Below the pieces are notes generated by a model that saw only the letters and a program-made list of their open reading frames with translations, made no database searches and had not been told where the DNA came from. The position numbers and the translations under genes are program-made. A stretch of 64,000 bases of DNA, taken from assembly GCA_030141605.1 (NCBI GenBank), contig JAQGDQ010000042.1, positions 558,001 through 622,000 of the forward strand, given 5' to 3'. Shown here piece after piece: positions 14,416 through 27,600 of this stretch. Numbering within the stretch: position 1 is the stretch's first letter; each line of letters begins with the position of its first letter. This DNA is from Tubiluchus corallicola (taxonomy: Eukaryota > Animalia > Priapulida).

Positions 14416-16840
14416 TCACTTCAGGTGCTTAAATATTTGCTTCGCTACACATTTGTCTACACAGTGTATGAAATCATACAGTTCCTCTGCGCACGTTTCT
14501 TCTGTATCAGGAGTGCCCTCCACTCGTTCTGTACACACATCTAATCGTGTTTTATATGGTGCACAAGCTGTTTCCTCTCTGCATTCTTCCTTGATGCCTG
14601 AAAATTAGCAAAAGTGTGATGAAAAACTCAAATGCTATGGTTTTGCAAAGTTAAACCAGTCACAGAGGTACAAGGGTATAAAAAGTAATAGTAAACCTAT
14701 AGTTTGCAGCAACTTTCATCTTTTTGTTAATGTTGAGCACCGCAACACATAGTATGAATAATGGAAGTAAATGTTAGTTTCAAATAACAGCCTTGAAGCT
14801 GCTACACCTATTGAATATCATGCAACTCAAAGTAAGAACTCATTTTGCTAAAAATTTTGTAAAAACAAATCAATAATACTGGATTGATATGAATATAATA
14901 TTTTGTTGGTTTCTGTCACCACTCTTTTTAGAGGCGTGGGTTCTTATCCCAATGCTGTCATCACGACAATAAACAAGGAGAAAGTGTAAACATAGTAATA
15001 AATGCAGATGTTATAAAGAACAATATTTATTGAAAAGCTGCAGAAAACCAACATGCAAAGACAACTGCCAAAACAAAATCTTCCAATGATATTATACGTC
15101 AACTGTGACCCGACGCAATATTTTTTATTCACACAAAGCACAGATGTGTCCACTTAATTACCAGTGTTACGAATTTTTCATGTTTTTCGCTAGCTGTGTA
15201 TACTTGAGGAAAATTGTGTAATGAACTGTACTCTGCTCTTCTTCCAAAAGAACAAATAGAAAGGAAATGGCGCTAGTGAATGAAGCAAAGCGCATTTACA
15301 CTTCAGTCTATTAATTACATCTTTTCCTTTAGACATCACTTGTAAATTAAAACGTGTAAGAGTCTAAAAATAAGACTAAGTAAGAAATTTATCTACAAAA
15401 GGTTCAGTACTGCTTAGAAATTTTTAACAAGTCATTAATTAACAAAAAATATCATATTCTGACACAATCACCAGTATATAAAAAACTGCTCATATTGGAT
15501 GGTGATACGGCGGCAAAAAAGAAAAAGTTATTAAAGTTGGGCAATCTCCTGGTCAGTATTGTAAAACATGAATTTCTTTCAATAGAACGAAGAAGTTCTA
15601 TCATTTAAGTTCAAGTTATTCAATGTCATCCTTTTTTTTACAAGAACAAAATTCATTTATTCTTTTCCTTCTGCTTCCTGACACCAAATAGTCAACAAAT
15701 CGAGCTTCGTTAGCAGTAAATACAGAGTGCTAATCATTCGTATCTAATCAAAAGAATACAAGATTGTATTGTAAAGTTAACACGCATGACTTACACCACT
15801 CAGAGTCATCAGGATTTGAATATCAGTACCTTTTCCGTTACCCTCAAACCGCTTCTAGGTGCAATCACATGCACTAATCGCATGAATAACAATAACACAA
15901 AAACTAAAAATGTCTACCAAGATAAAGCTCACAAGCAACTTGAAGCAAGCACACTATACGTTATCAACACAACAAGCCAACAATATCACTACAATTAAGG
16001 TGAACAAGGAAGCACTGGACAAATGTTCACTTTTAATCAGAGTCTTTGTGCTTTGCAAATGTGCACATGTCGCAGTGCAACAGCAAGGACAGCCTTGAAG
16101 ATTCATCTAATGATGATATATACCTATATGCAACTACACACAGCACGCATGCATGCAAACACACACAGTCACGCATATAAACATATTGTCTACCAAACAA
16201 AATTAAGAAAATCATCATAAGCTAGAGTTATGGCCTATTCTATTCTCATTTGTTCTGGTGTGCATGTATTACATAAACCTATGAGGACATTTATGTAAAT
16301 ATTTCAACCGTACTATAAGGGAAGTAGAGTGTTCTAGGTAGATGGCTAGGCAAGAAAGCTTATCAGCAGTGATTAATTATACTGTGTCAGCCTTGGAAGA
16401 GCAAAAAATGCAGCCTTGGTTGTTAGGTCATATCAGAATCAAAGCAATGTGAAGGGAACCGTTTATCGTTTGCAAAAATCAGTAAACATTTAGAATGCCT
16501 AAATGAAATGCTTCCATTTATATCCATATATGTTTAAACGTGGAAGCCCTATAGTTATACATTTTTGCACAGGCTCTTGTGAATAAACAAACAATACAAT
16601 ATAATTCTATTACTTGAAATCGGTGATATCGCCCACCACTAGTTAGCACCGTTAGGAGACACTTAGCGCCCTAGCCCATATCCTGCACTTGTGCGCCAAA
16701 CGGTACCCAACAACTACATATTAACACTTGCTAGGTTTACCATCTAAAGGGTCAATCAAGTCTACTTCTTCCTCTTCTTCTTCTGGTTGTTCAGTTTCTT
16801 CTTCTGGGTCGCCTTCTGGTAATTCTTTAGTTACTACCAT
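14416..16840 (-). CDS. UQCRH: Cytochrome b-c1 complex subunit 6 (hinge protein), 93 aa
   Basis: Exons 16741-16840 (MVVTKELPEGDPEEETEQPEEEEEEVDLIDPLD) and 14416-14597 (GIKEECREETACAPYKTRLDVCTERVEGTPDTEETCAEELYDFIHCVDKCVAKQIFKHLK*) join in phase 1. Acidic N-terminus, DPL, CxERV, EELxDFxHxxDxCVA are hinge-protein motifs. Not in the supplied ORF track. Confidence 0.95.
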
Positions 16841-17011
16841 TATTCTAGACTTTTAGTAGTATTTAATATAATTTACAACAAGCAAAGTCAACTTGATAGG
16901 CACTACCACCGTGTACGCTGTTCGGAAAAACAAAAAAGCGATCTTTAGCAGTGGAACGCAGGAACTTATATTTAGGCTAAGTTTATTTATACACAGACAC
17001 TTAATCCGAGC

Positions 17012-17985
17012 TGTTGGGAGCCGTTTGGACCACTGCGCCAAGTAGACCAATTGGTCTACTTGGGCTAGCCTAAGTAGACCGCGGTCTACATGGGCTAGCC
17101 CAAGTAGACCGCGGTCTACTTGGGCTGCCCAAGTAGGACACTAGAGACAGGTCGTGAATTCAGTCGTTAAGTGTACTGACACCGTTCGTTGTGTTTGTTT
17201 ATGTAATAATAATAATTAAAAACGTTAATACACGTTGAATAATTTATTAAACATCTAATAAAATAAAAGAATTTTATTCTGAGCTGGTAGAACGGACAAT
17301 ATTAAATTTGGTTTCGATATTAATGTTGTTGAAGTGAAAAAACCTCACTTTTTTGCGAATTCAACATTTGTTTAAGGTATATCATTTTTGATTTTGTCTC
17401 ACTTCACAAACAGGTGATCCGTTTCTCTACCTCTTGGGCAAATAATTGTTTTCTTATAAGTAAACGTTCTAGCGATCTATGTGTCCTACATGGGCTAGCG
17501 AGCCATGTAGGACAGTGCCCTACATGTTACAATACTACTGATAATATTAAAACTAATTATCCTTGCTTTTCTTAAATGTTAAAAATTACTTTTTGGTGTT
17601 GTGAAGGCTTAGCAGCATCTGTCTCATTTTTAAATTTGCAATTATTTCTGTAATAACTGTGTGCAGAATTTCTCTCTTTAAAGCATTAGATACTAGGTTT
17701 AATGTTATGATATATTAAAGGAGTTAATCATAATGATGAAATTATTGTAAGAAATGCATTTGTAAATTGCCAAGGAATATCCATTTCTAAAAGAAATTTT
17801 GTTTTATGCTTTATTATGTCATAACAATACTTATAAACAATGGTAATATAAACTGGAAACAAGTTTTGCCAGAGCAAGTTTCTCGACTAAAATCGCTAGT
17901 GTCCTACTTGGGCTGCCCATGTAGGACACTACTTTTAGCGCATCAAGTGGTCTACTTGGCGCAGTGGTCCAAACGGCTCCCAACA
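17012..17985. mobile_element. Non-autonomous DNA transposon with TGT...ACA termini (Ginger2/TDD-like MITE), 974 bp
   Basis: Perfect 38-bp TIR TGTTGGGAGCCGTTTGGACCACTGCGCCAAGTAGACCA (17012-17049 / 17948-17985); 5-bp TSD CGAGC (17007-17011 and 17986-17990); subterminal palindromes ctacttgggctagcccaagtag. Superfamily assignment is inferred from termini and TSD only. Confidence 0.88.
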
Positions 17986-18146
17986 CGAGCATATGTCGCC
18001 AATGCCGCCACAGGCAAACTGAACTGAATTTAATTGAATCGAAATTTCGGAAGTATTCAAGTCCTTAAGAGCTGAGATATTTTAAACATGTCCGTATAAT
18101 TATATATTGCATAAAGAAAGTTATAAGTTTAAGTTTATTTATTTAG

Positions 18147-18477
18147 TATATGCTGCATAAGAATCTCTTTTGTAATTTCTGGATTATATTGCATTTATAT
18201 TTATATTTACTTCAGTGGAAAATTATCTGTATTTTTATTATAACTGTAAGATGCAGTGTGAAAATAATATTAACAACAACGACAACAATAATAATATTAT
18301 TAATAATTTTCTTTAGGACATTGTCGTTTACAAAAATCAGTAAACATTAAGCAATATTATTTCCACACTGCATCTTACAGTTATAATAAAAATACAGATA
18401 ATTTTCCACTGAAGTAAATATAAATATAAATGCAATATAATCTAGAAATTACAAAAGACATTCTTATGCAGCATATA
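18147..18477. repeat. Long inverted repeat (125-bp arms, 81-bp spacer)
   Basis: 18147-18271 is the reverse complement of 18353-18477 with 3 mismatches by eye. Confidence 0.9.
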
Positions 18478-19394
18478 TATGTGCAAATTACATTGCAGAA
18501 TAATTTTGATGCATACAGTTTGAGCCTAAAAGCATAGCTTGACAGGCCAAACTGTACATGGAAATCTTAAAGAAATGATTAATAATTGAAATAATGATAT
18601 TATACATAAATATTCGTAAATGTGGGGGGAGTAGTGAATGAAAGATGAAATGAAGCGAGAACTAGGAAAAACTATGATCTTGATTATAAAATGTTCAGTA
18701 ACCTGTTGAGCATAGTCACGTTTTACTAAGATTACTGTGGAAAAGCATAGTTTAATAATTGTTTTTTCTTTTATTTTTATAGGGTCTGTGCTTCTTTTCA
18801 TTATTCATTCATTATTTATTCCTTATAAACTTTTATTTAAATAGCTGAAACAAATACTATTCAAGCTATTTTTCCTTTTCTTTCATTGCAGAAAAATACA
18901 AATTTTAACTGTGATTTTACGTCAGTGCTTTTTAGTTAGTTATCTAACTTATCTATGTTACTACAAGTTATATCAAAAATGTTAATTACTATTATTCCTA
19001 TCACTTAAAATAGTCTTTTTGCACAAAGCTTATATTAATTAATTTTATATGCATGCACTATTTGAAACGTATATAATGTAATGTGTTTTGCCAATGTACT
19101 TTATAGGTATTTGAGCAATAAAATGAATTGAATTGAATCCATCGTCGGCATCATAACGCTATTTTTTATATTTTATTCCGCAGTGCTACTTTATCTTGTG
19201 GCACAATAATAATGGGAGCAATGCTCTAGTCTAGAGGTTGCACATTATTTTGGAATGTACCAAACGATATCAGAATGATTAGTAACTTGAATGATGGCAC
19301 CCTCTTAGGAGTTAAAAAATTAAGTAAATGGTATCCTCATATTTTAATCATGGATATCGCATGACCACTTCCGTCCTTGTCACTTGCTGTGTTG

Positions 19395-19397
<3 letters not shown>

Positions 19398-19432
<35 letters not shown>

Positions 19433-19437
19433 TTGCA

Positions 19438-19490
<53 letters not shown>
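19398..19490. repeat. (TG)n microsatellite
   Basis: Two TG runs separated by a short interruption. Confidence 0.95.
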
Positions 19491-19494
<4 letters not shown>

Positions 19495-19944
19495 ACTTCG
19501 TTAAAACAGTATTTTATTAACAAACAAATAAACAACATACATTTACCTGAAGGAAGAAACAATAAAAAGTTAAAAGGATTGGCTAATAGGTTTAGAAGAA
19601 CCTGTAGTCAAGCCTCTCCTGTAAGTGTCTTTGTTTTATGCGGTAGTCCTTAGAATTGGAAGCCATTTGACATCTAGCTGTAACAATTTAGATAAAAGAT
19701 TGTTTCATTTCCCGAAGCAATGCCGAATTCAAATAGTGGAACAATGTCAACAAATTGAAAAACAGCCACAGTGATCCGAGAGAGGTATGCAGCACTTAAT
19801 GTGTGCTAGTAAAACGATAAAAATGCAACCGAGCACTTTTATCATAGTTCTCATTATAATCTTCCTGATGAAAGACAATTATCTTTAAAAGAGAGTGATG
19901 CAAAAGCATGTTTAAAATTTTTGAGCAGAATTATATTAAAATTT

Positions 19945-20650
19945 TCATGCATCATGACAGCTAGACTGATTAAAAGGGGTTTTGTACTTTGCAGTATATC
20001 AGGATAGGATTTAAGTGAGCCAAAAGATAATCTTTTCATATGGTAAATCTAATTTAGAAATCTTTGGAAAGAAATTGGCACTAGGAGAACGTTCACAGGA
20101 ATGGGTTGGAGATAAAAAATGACGTAAATCTTAGTAGAAATATTAGGGATCAGATGAATCAACAAAGGTGAGAGAAAATGGTTTACAAATGTGGCAGAAA
20201 AGTTTGAAGCATGTTATATGGTTAATAAGTATTTGAATATTATACAAAACCTTATTTTGAAAGTTGATGAATGATATATGCATAATATTGAGTTGCTGGC
20301 AAAAGACAGAATTGAAGCATTGGAAATTAATGGAAATCCATTAGTTCAGTGGCATATGGCTGACCGTGATAGATTTTGTAAGTGTAGTTTGCGCTTGGAA
20401 CATTGAATTCTACGACATATTTTACTGCCCTGTTCTTATTACGAAAATGAAAGAAAGAAAAATATTGGTTGATTGGGAAAGACCTTCAGATGAAGATCGC
20501 ATGAGTTGGTTGTAAATTTTTAGTGGTATACTGAAGAAACGTCATAGGACAGGAATTGCAAATTTTGTCTGCGTTTTTTTCACATGAGTAACAGTTTTGA
20601 CTGCTCACCTTGACATGAATGGTCAAGATACTGAACTGAACTGAACTGAA
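19945..20650 (+). mobile_element. Highly decayed non-LTR retrotransposon 3' fragment
   Basis: Broken frame with R-F-C-K-C...H-I-L-L-P-C-S-Y-Y-E-N-E-R (CCHC-like LINE C-terminus, ~20370-20455), followed by a (CTGAA)n tail at 20630-20650. Confidence 0.45.
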
Positions 20651-22789
20651 ATGCTTCAAGAGTCGCCACTTTGCTTTCTTAATGACGTCACTTCTGTAAT
20701 ATGTTGTGGCTGACTGTATGTTTGTAAGTTTAATGTTTTTAAAATTACTTTTTGCTTTGGATTCATGTTTTGCAAATTAGTAACGTACAATAAAAAAAAT
20801 ATTGTGACCCCAATATCATATCATTCGACCACTTGATATTGCATAAGACCATTCAGGCATGAAATTATTTAAAATTGTTGATAGAAAATTAATGCAATTA
20901 TAAAGCAGAGTTGTTCCAGTAATACCTGGTACAAACTGCAAAGATTAAACATTTTGGAACAAGGCTCTTGTGAAACACAAAATTCATCGTCTTAGAAAAA
21001 TTAATAAAAATCATATTAATTGATCTGCAAGTAGATACGTTATCCTACGTTTTTAGCTTACGTATTTCATTTGATGAGACTAGAAACGCACATGTCTAAT
21101 CTTCCAGTTTGAAGCAGGCTTGAGCAGCTTGGCCAAAACAACAATTGCCTTAATCTACGCCACAGCTTAATATCAGTTAATACAGACAATCGGTGAATTC
21201 GGACCGATGTCTCTCCGGCAAACCGAGATCTGAACGTACTATTATCTATACAGTATATATAAGCTGGTATTTGTGAATTTTTTTTAAATTTGTGCAACTT
21301 GTCTAGCCATTTACTGCTAGTATTATACTATTTATAATATACCATATTCCACTTGCTTTTTTTCCCCACGCACTGTAAGGGAAAGAAACCACCTACGAAA
21401 GTTAGCGGTCTAGCTTAGTACTCTCAATTCCTTCAGGAGTGCTATACCTCCATTTAAGTTGGATTGAGGTACTCTGCCGCATGTTGAATGCAGTGTATGG
21501 CATGGTCCTTTTAATACTGCACCACTATAAATAGTTTGTGCACTGGATGAAGCTTTCACTCTGACACGACATTCATAAAGCTGTGAGCACTGAGCACAGC
21601 CATGTGTTAGTTTTCCTTTTTGATGAAGTTAAGGCCGACAATTGGTAATTTTTTTGTCATACAGCCGGTAGGGAATTTTAATTTTTTGGGCTCTCATATA
21701 CTTACAATGCATTCATGTCACGCAGCTGGGAGCACAGACGTATAAGAGCATATTTTTTTAATTTAAAAAATAAAATGCAATAATGATTATAACATCATTG
21801 TTTTGGCGAGCACACAGTTTATTTCTCTATAGGTAACTCGCAGCATTTCTCACGAGATTGACATGTCACTCTGAGCTATTTTTGCCATAATTATTGGAAC
21901 ATACGAAAATTTAAGGCTTGATACCATACAAAAAAAGAGACTAGATGGTAATCGATAATTACACAATCAAACTTTGATTTCAACTGAATTTAAATATTCC
22001 GCAGTTCAGCTTTAAGCATTCACAAAGCTTCATAAATTTTTAAAAAAAATTCCTCCTCCATACTGTCGTTTTTTGAATTCATGAGGTAAAACAGCTCTAT
22101 ACAAATTTTTTTGTGGCCAGCCTAACACATTATTACGAAGAAAAAGAAACCAAAGAAATACATCTGTGATCATGCACTTTCAGTTTACATATAGATCCTT
22201 GATTATGAACAGGACTGATACCACCATTGATCAGTCTGCTGATATGCCAAAAATCCTGTCTCAGTAGATTCATTAAATAAGATTAAAGGTAGAGGCACCA
22301 TGCCTTACAACACATTCAACAATGCTGCCTCACCTTTTATTTTGAAACCCTTCAAAGTCTGGAATTAGTAATCCTATTCACAGATTTAAAGGCCTTAAGT
22401 TTTATCATAATTTTTTTGTGTGTCACTAATTGTGAGGAAGAAGTGATCAGTTAGTTCATTATTCCTTTTGATATCAATAGCAGGCAAATTTCCTACTGGT
22501 TTGTGAGGCATAAGAATGATAATACTAGCAAAAAAATAATTTACAATCATGACAGCATGTCTGTTACCCACCTTGTCTTTTTCTGATAGCTGTCTGATAG
22601 TAGAACTACACTTGGCTAAGTGGAATTTAAAATCTGCAGACTCATTTCCATAATGTTCTATAGTGATGATGGGATTCGGCGACCAGTACTACTCATTTTA
22701 GGTCATTAATCAAAATTATCATATCATTTTGTAATTACAAAAAGGGGAGTGTAACTGCATTCATTCATTAGCTTTACTAAATTACAACT

Positions 22790-23075
22790 CTAGCTAGACA
22801 GACAGGGCCCTTGCAATGCAATTGATAGAATTATCAGTTCTGTCTGTCTGTTCGTCTGTCCCCACTTTTTCTCGGCTCTGGAGTAATCTAGGAAGTTCAT
22901 AACTCGTTCAGTGTTAGGGCATGGTTCAGACTTGAAGCCTATAAATTTCGCAGTCATTTGGTGCACACTTGAAATTTTTTACAATTTTTTTTAAAGATTA
23001 GCATATAACACTAGCATTAGCATATAAGTTTTATATAATGTAATATGTCCCTATGATGGTCACCGCTCAGGTGTA
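22790..23075 (+). mobile_element. DINE-1/HINE-like (Helentron-associated) repeat relic
   Basis: Starts ttagct-like (ctagctagac), has a ctgtctgtctgttcgtctgtc microsatellite, and ends with a ggtcaccgctcaggtg-type hairpin; this architecture resembles invertebrate HINE elements. Confidence 0.4.
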
Positions 23076-23271
23076 CATGATCTATAAAGACTAATGAAAC
23101 CTAAATGATTTATGATTCATATGTGACTGTGACTGTTGGTGACAAACTGTATGATGTTAATTGCTCTATTTGTCAGGCAAAACAAAAACGTTTGCATTTT
23201 AGTTTTAGAGTTGCTTCTTGGTTTGTCTCGATCATGTGATTCGTAAATTTCTTGCTATGCTCACCTATACC

Positions 23272-24587
23272 CAGGGCACTTTATTTATGACTTTAGTCAT
23301 AAATTGCATAAATAGCTTATTTAATACTAATTTCAGATTTTATTTATGACTATTTATGACGTGTCAAATTTTGACCAAAAATGCCATCCTGAGCTAAAAG
23401 AAATACATATTTTTAATCAGAATCTTGTATTTTGCCTTTCTTCGTTCTTCATTACATTAAAATGTAATAAAAATGTCTACTTTCATCATTCCAAGGCCTG
23501 AAGTTTCTCGTATTGTTTTGCATGCAGGCATCCCTCCAGACTGAAATCCGTGATCGTGTTTATAATAATTATAGTATCGGTTTTAATTTGTTTAGGATGA
23601 CCTATAAAATTACTGCTCATAAAAATCAATCTATTAATTAATTCGTACAGTCACAATTCGTAGCCACAATTAGTACAAGTAAATAATGTATTTTTTTAAA
23701 TATCGATTTTAAATTTAATGTTGGAAAATACTATTGGCTATTACATCTTTCTAGGGAACCGTCACGTATGTTTTCTAATTAAAATTACATTAAGCAAAAT
23801 AACTAAACAAGAAAAACAGTTAAATTTTAATGACAATGAAGCAACAAATTCTCCCAAAGATAAAATATGCTCAAATTCTAGCAGACGGCATTATTCTTAT
23901 TTCTTGAGGATGAGGCAGTAAGGCACGGGAAACGCTTGCGGCAAACTCGAGCTAAAACCTACACCCAAGCCATTGACTTACGCCGCTTAGGGGTAAGCAT
24001 CGAAGTTCGGTTCGATTCGAATTCGAAAGTCACAAATTCGGTTCGATTCGAATTCGCTTTCTGGTAGAGAATGCTCACCCCTAACGCCGCTAGGATGAGA
24101 AAGGCACTGAAATGAACGTGCAAAGAAAAGAATTAGAAGTGTAGATTTCTGTTATTGTGCAGAGCGTAGGTTTGAGGCGGCAGAACTTTAGGACATTAAA
24201 ATAGGTAAGCTGTCTTTAATTCAAATTTTCGATGGAACGACAACGATTCTGTCGGTGCCTATTTATTTTTTCGCGGTAACGCGCTCATTTACTTTTTATT
24301 ATTTAGGTTGCTTCTAGACGAGTTAATGACAGATAAACGCATCAGTTAGACAGTCTCAGTTACTGTGTTAGTCCACCAAACAGTCACGCGCAAGCTTCTT
24401 ATGGACTGCCTGTGTGTGTGGGAGAGAGAGAGAGAGAGAGACGGTGGAAACAGTTTTCTGTACTGAATTTTTTGTTCCATTCATCGGGAAATGATTATTT
24501 TTCTTTCGTTATTTATGACAAATTTGAAATCTTATTTATGACTATTTATGACTATTTTGCAAGAAAAGTCATAAATAAAGTGCCCTG
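23272..24587. mobile_element. Non-autonomous hAT-type transposon, 1316 bp, directly upstream of ILRUN first coding exon
   Basis: Perfect 23-bp TIR CAGGGCACTTTATTTATGACTTT, perfect 8-bp TSD CCTATACC (23264-23271 and 24588-24595), subterminal tatttatgac repeats at both ends. Confidence 0.92.
23988..24083. mobile_element. 96-bp hAT-type MITE nested in the 1316-bp element
   Basis: TIR TAGGGGTAAGCAT / ATGCTCACCCCTA (1 mismatch); perfect 8-bp TSD ACGCCGCT (23980-23987 and 24084-24091); internal 20-mer ttcggttcgattcgaattcg present twice. Confidence 0.9.
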
Positions 24588-24686
24588 CCTATACCTGTAA
24601 CTGTATTTGTCTTTCAGGCATGAGCAACACAGATGTAAGTGCGATTGTAGTTTCCTTCACAGGGGTTGGCTGTAGGGGTTTCCACA

Positions 24687-27600
24687 ATGGACGTTGACAA
24701 CGAGATAGATGCCCAGCTTTTGCAGCAGTTCAGCTCAATGGGAACTACTGATAAAGATGTCTTAATTTCCGAATTTCAAAAACTCCTTGGACATCAGCTC
24801 AATCCTGCTGGTTGTGCATTTTTTCTTGATATGAATAATTGGTATGTTCTAAATTTTGTAACAAACATTCAGGAATTCTTTTGAAATTTACTTTCTAAAG
24901 TGGTGTTTACCTGGCATCCACAATGCGTATACTTTACGCGGATGTGGAATAGATAAAATAGGTTTATATTGTTTTTAATGCACCCGCTTATCAGACCTGT
25001 GTTATGCATTATTTTTTTCTGCAACTATTTCCCATTGTTTTTATATGTACCTATTCTGCAGGTGGATAACGCATAGCGCTTTCCGGATGCCAGGCACATG
25101 CCACTTTACTGTGTAGGAGATGTGAAAAAAATCAATGAAGAAGAGCAGTACATGAGAGATTATATTTTACTATAACCAAATCTGCACTGTGAAATAAAAA
25201 TGTTATTGATAATGTCATGATTAGCTCATTATTTGCTTATCATAAAAGAAAATGATAATTGTAGATGGTTAATTAAACAAAAGTGCAGTAAGTAGTGCTT
25301 GCTTAAAAATGCTACACATTCCGAAAAAGCAGAGTGTTAAGCATAGGAATAATGTTGACATGCGGATGTGTGTTCTAGAGTATAAAACTAGTAATACAAA
25401 AATTAATAGAGTAATATTGTTTGAAGCGATAAAACACCCTCAACTTGTAGTAGAAATATTGTTTTGAGTGCATTATGCAGCTAACTGGTTGCTTTTAAAT
25501 TGACTTGTTACCGTGATGCAAAACAGCACAATAAGAGTTACTAATTTAACAGTCCTTTAAACATTTTGAAATTTTCCACCAGAAATGACACTATTTTGGA
25601 AATTCTATTACATGTTGCTAAAAAGAAGGCAGTTTCAAAGTTGTTGCAATAAAAAAAGTTATAGAGCAAAAGCTTTTAATATGGATGTTATTGTGGATTC
25701 ACATGCTACCATCATAAATGGTCAAAGTTGTCCAACATGTGCTAAATTTTTTTTCAGGAATTTGCAAGCAGCAATCTGTGCTTATTATGACTATGAAATG
25801 CCAAAGTTAAAATTACCCAGTATGGCCTTTATCAGTGATGTTACTATTGGAGAAGGGGAGTCTGTGCCACCAAACACCCAATTTTTGAAAACGTGGAGGG
25901 TGCAAAATACAGGTGTGTTGTCAGCTTATATTTTTGCATGCACTCAATAAAATTTTTTGAAATAAATTTAGTAGTGGTCTAGTGAAAAAAATTTTCACCT
26001 TGTCTCCAAAATCCAGAATGTTTTGTCATAGATGGAGTTAAAACACAATTCATATAACTCGGTATTTTAATAAAATTAGTGGACATGCATGTAGATTTAT
26101 TAGTTACCTATGTTTTGAAAGAAATAAAGTTTCTATCTTAAAAAATTATCATTGTGTTTGATTTAAATTACCTACCTCGGTAATCTAGATAAAAATTTGT
26201 TTACATGTAAAGCAGAAATTTGATGATTTAATTCGAAAATTTCATATACTGATTAGAAACAATTTATTTTTTTATTACCTGTATCTTTATCTAAGTTTTG
26301 TATTACATTATTACCTTTATTATCTTTACCTTTATCTGTATGTTGGCTGGCTGGCGTTCTTGTGAAACTTTTTCATGACTGTGTTCAAGGAGTTGCTATA
26401 TTCTGCATTTCACTTAATTCTATGTTTTAAGTGTGATATGTGTAAATTACTTACAGTTACCTGCCCAGGTGTTCAGCTTTTATGCGCATGCATTTTAAGT
26501 GCCGAATCCTTTTGACTTGTAAGTTTGCTTTAGACATCCCAAGTTTACCCTGAAATTTACTTTGGATTAATCTCTGCTCTCTTAACCACAGAAAGGCAAT
26601 TCGATAAAATTGCAATTTGCGAAACATGACAATTTCCTGATATACTAAAATTCCTGAGAGTGGGTCTGATGCCTTTTCAGATTGACAACTAACTGCTTAA
26701 TAATTGTTTAAACATATCATCTATATTTGATATTTGAAATGTTTAACAGGTGATGAACCCTGGCCACCTGGCTGCTCGCTGCGTTACATGTTAGGCGACC
26801 AACTAGGTCCTCGTGATCGGGTTATGTTGGGTGGTCTTCCTGCAAAGCAAACTGTAGACGTCAGTGTTGAGATGGTAAGCCCGGATAAACCTGGAATGTA
26901 CCAGGGTCAGTGGAGAATGAGTACACCGACTGGAATGTTCTTTGGGGGTATGGTCATTTATGCACTAGCAATAAACTATAACTCTGTAATTTTATTCTTG
27001 CGTATTCACAAAGTCAGATCATAGTTAGTGCTGGCAGCTAAGAAAAGTTTACATATACGGAAGTAAGCACAGATCTGGGATGTGTTTCTTAGAATCTTTC
27101 ATTTTTTGCTGACTTACATGAACTTTTTTTGGTCTGGCTAACCAAGGTGCTTTAATTGTTGAAAGAACTATTTGGCACCACATGTTCTGGTTTTAACACT
27201 CTGCAAATTTATTATACATCCATCATTGTTATCTGTAATACGTATGATATTTATATGATATGTCATGTAATGCAGTATTATATGATACATATAATGTAAT
27301 TACATGTATGAAAGGTAATGTAGTATAATATATATTATTATATATAATATATATAATACTTATACGAACTTTCTCATTTTAATAATACCTTGGTATAAGC
27401 ACTGATCATGCCAAACAGAAATATTTTCTGCCTTATACTCAGGGCTGGATTACCCTAAGGGCTAGTATAGGTAGCAGCCTAGGGCCCTCAAGCTTCGGGG
27501 GTGCATCTTTTGCATCGCCGAAGAATTTATATAACTTAAAGTAAAATTTCAACTTTAAAAAAGAGGCCAGGTAGACTAAAAATCCAATTAAAATGGATTC

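Noticed and set aside
17040-17140. Short palindromic repeats that look CRISPR-like
   Set aside because: Eukaryotic context, no unique spacers; they are subterminal repeats of a TIR element.
24001-24056. GAA/TTC-rich stretch as a heat-shock element
   Set aside because: Spacing does not fit alternating nGAAn pentamers; explained by the MITE internal repeat.
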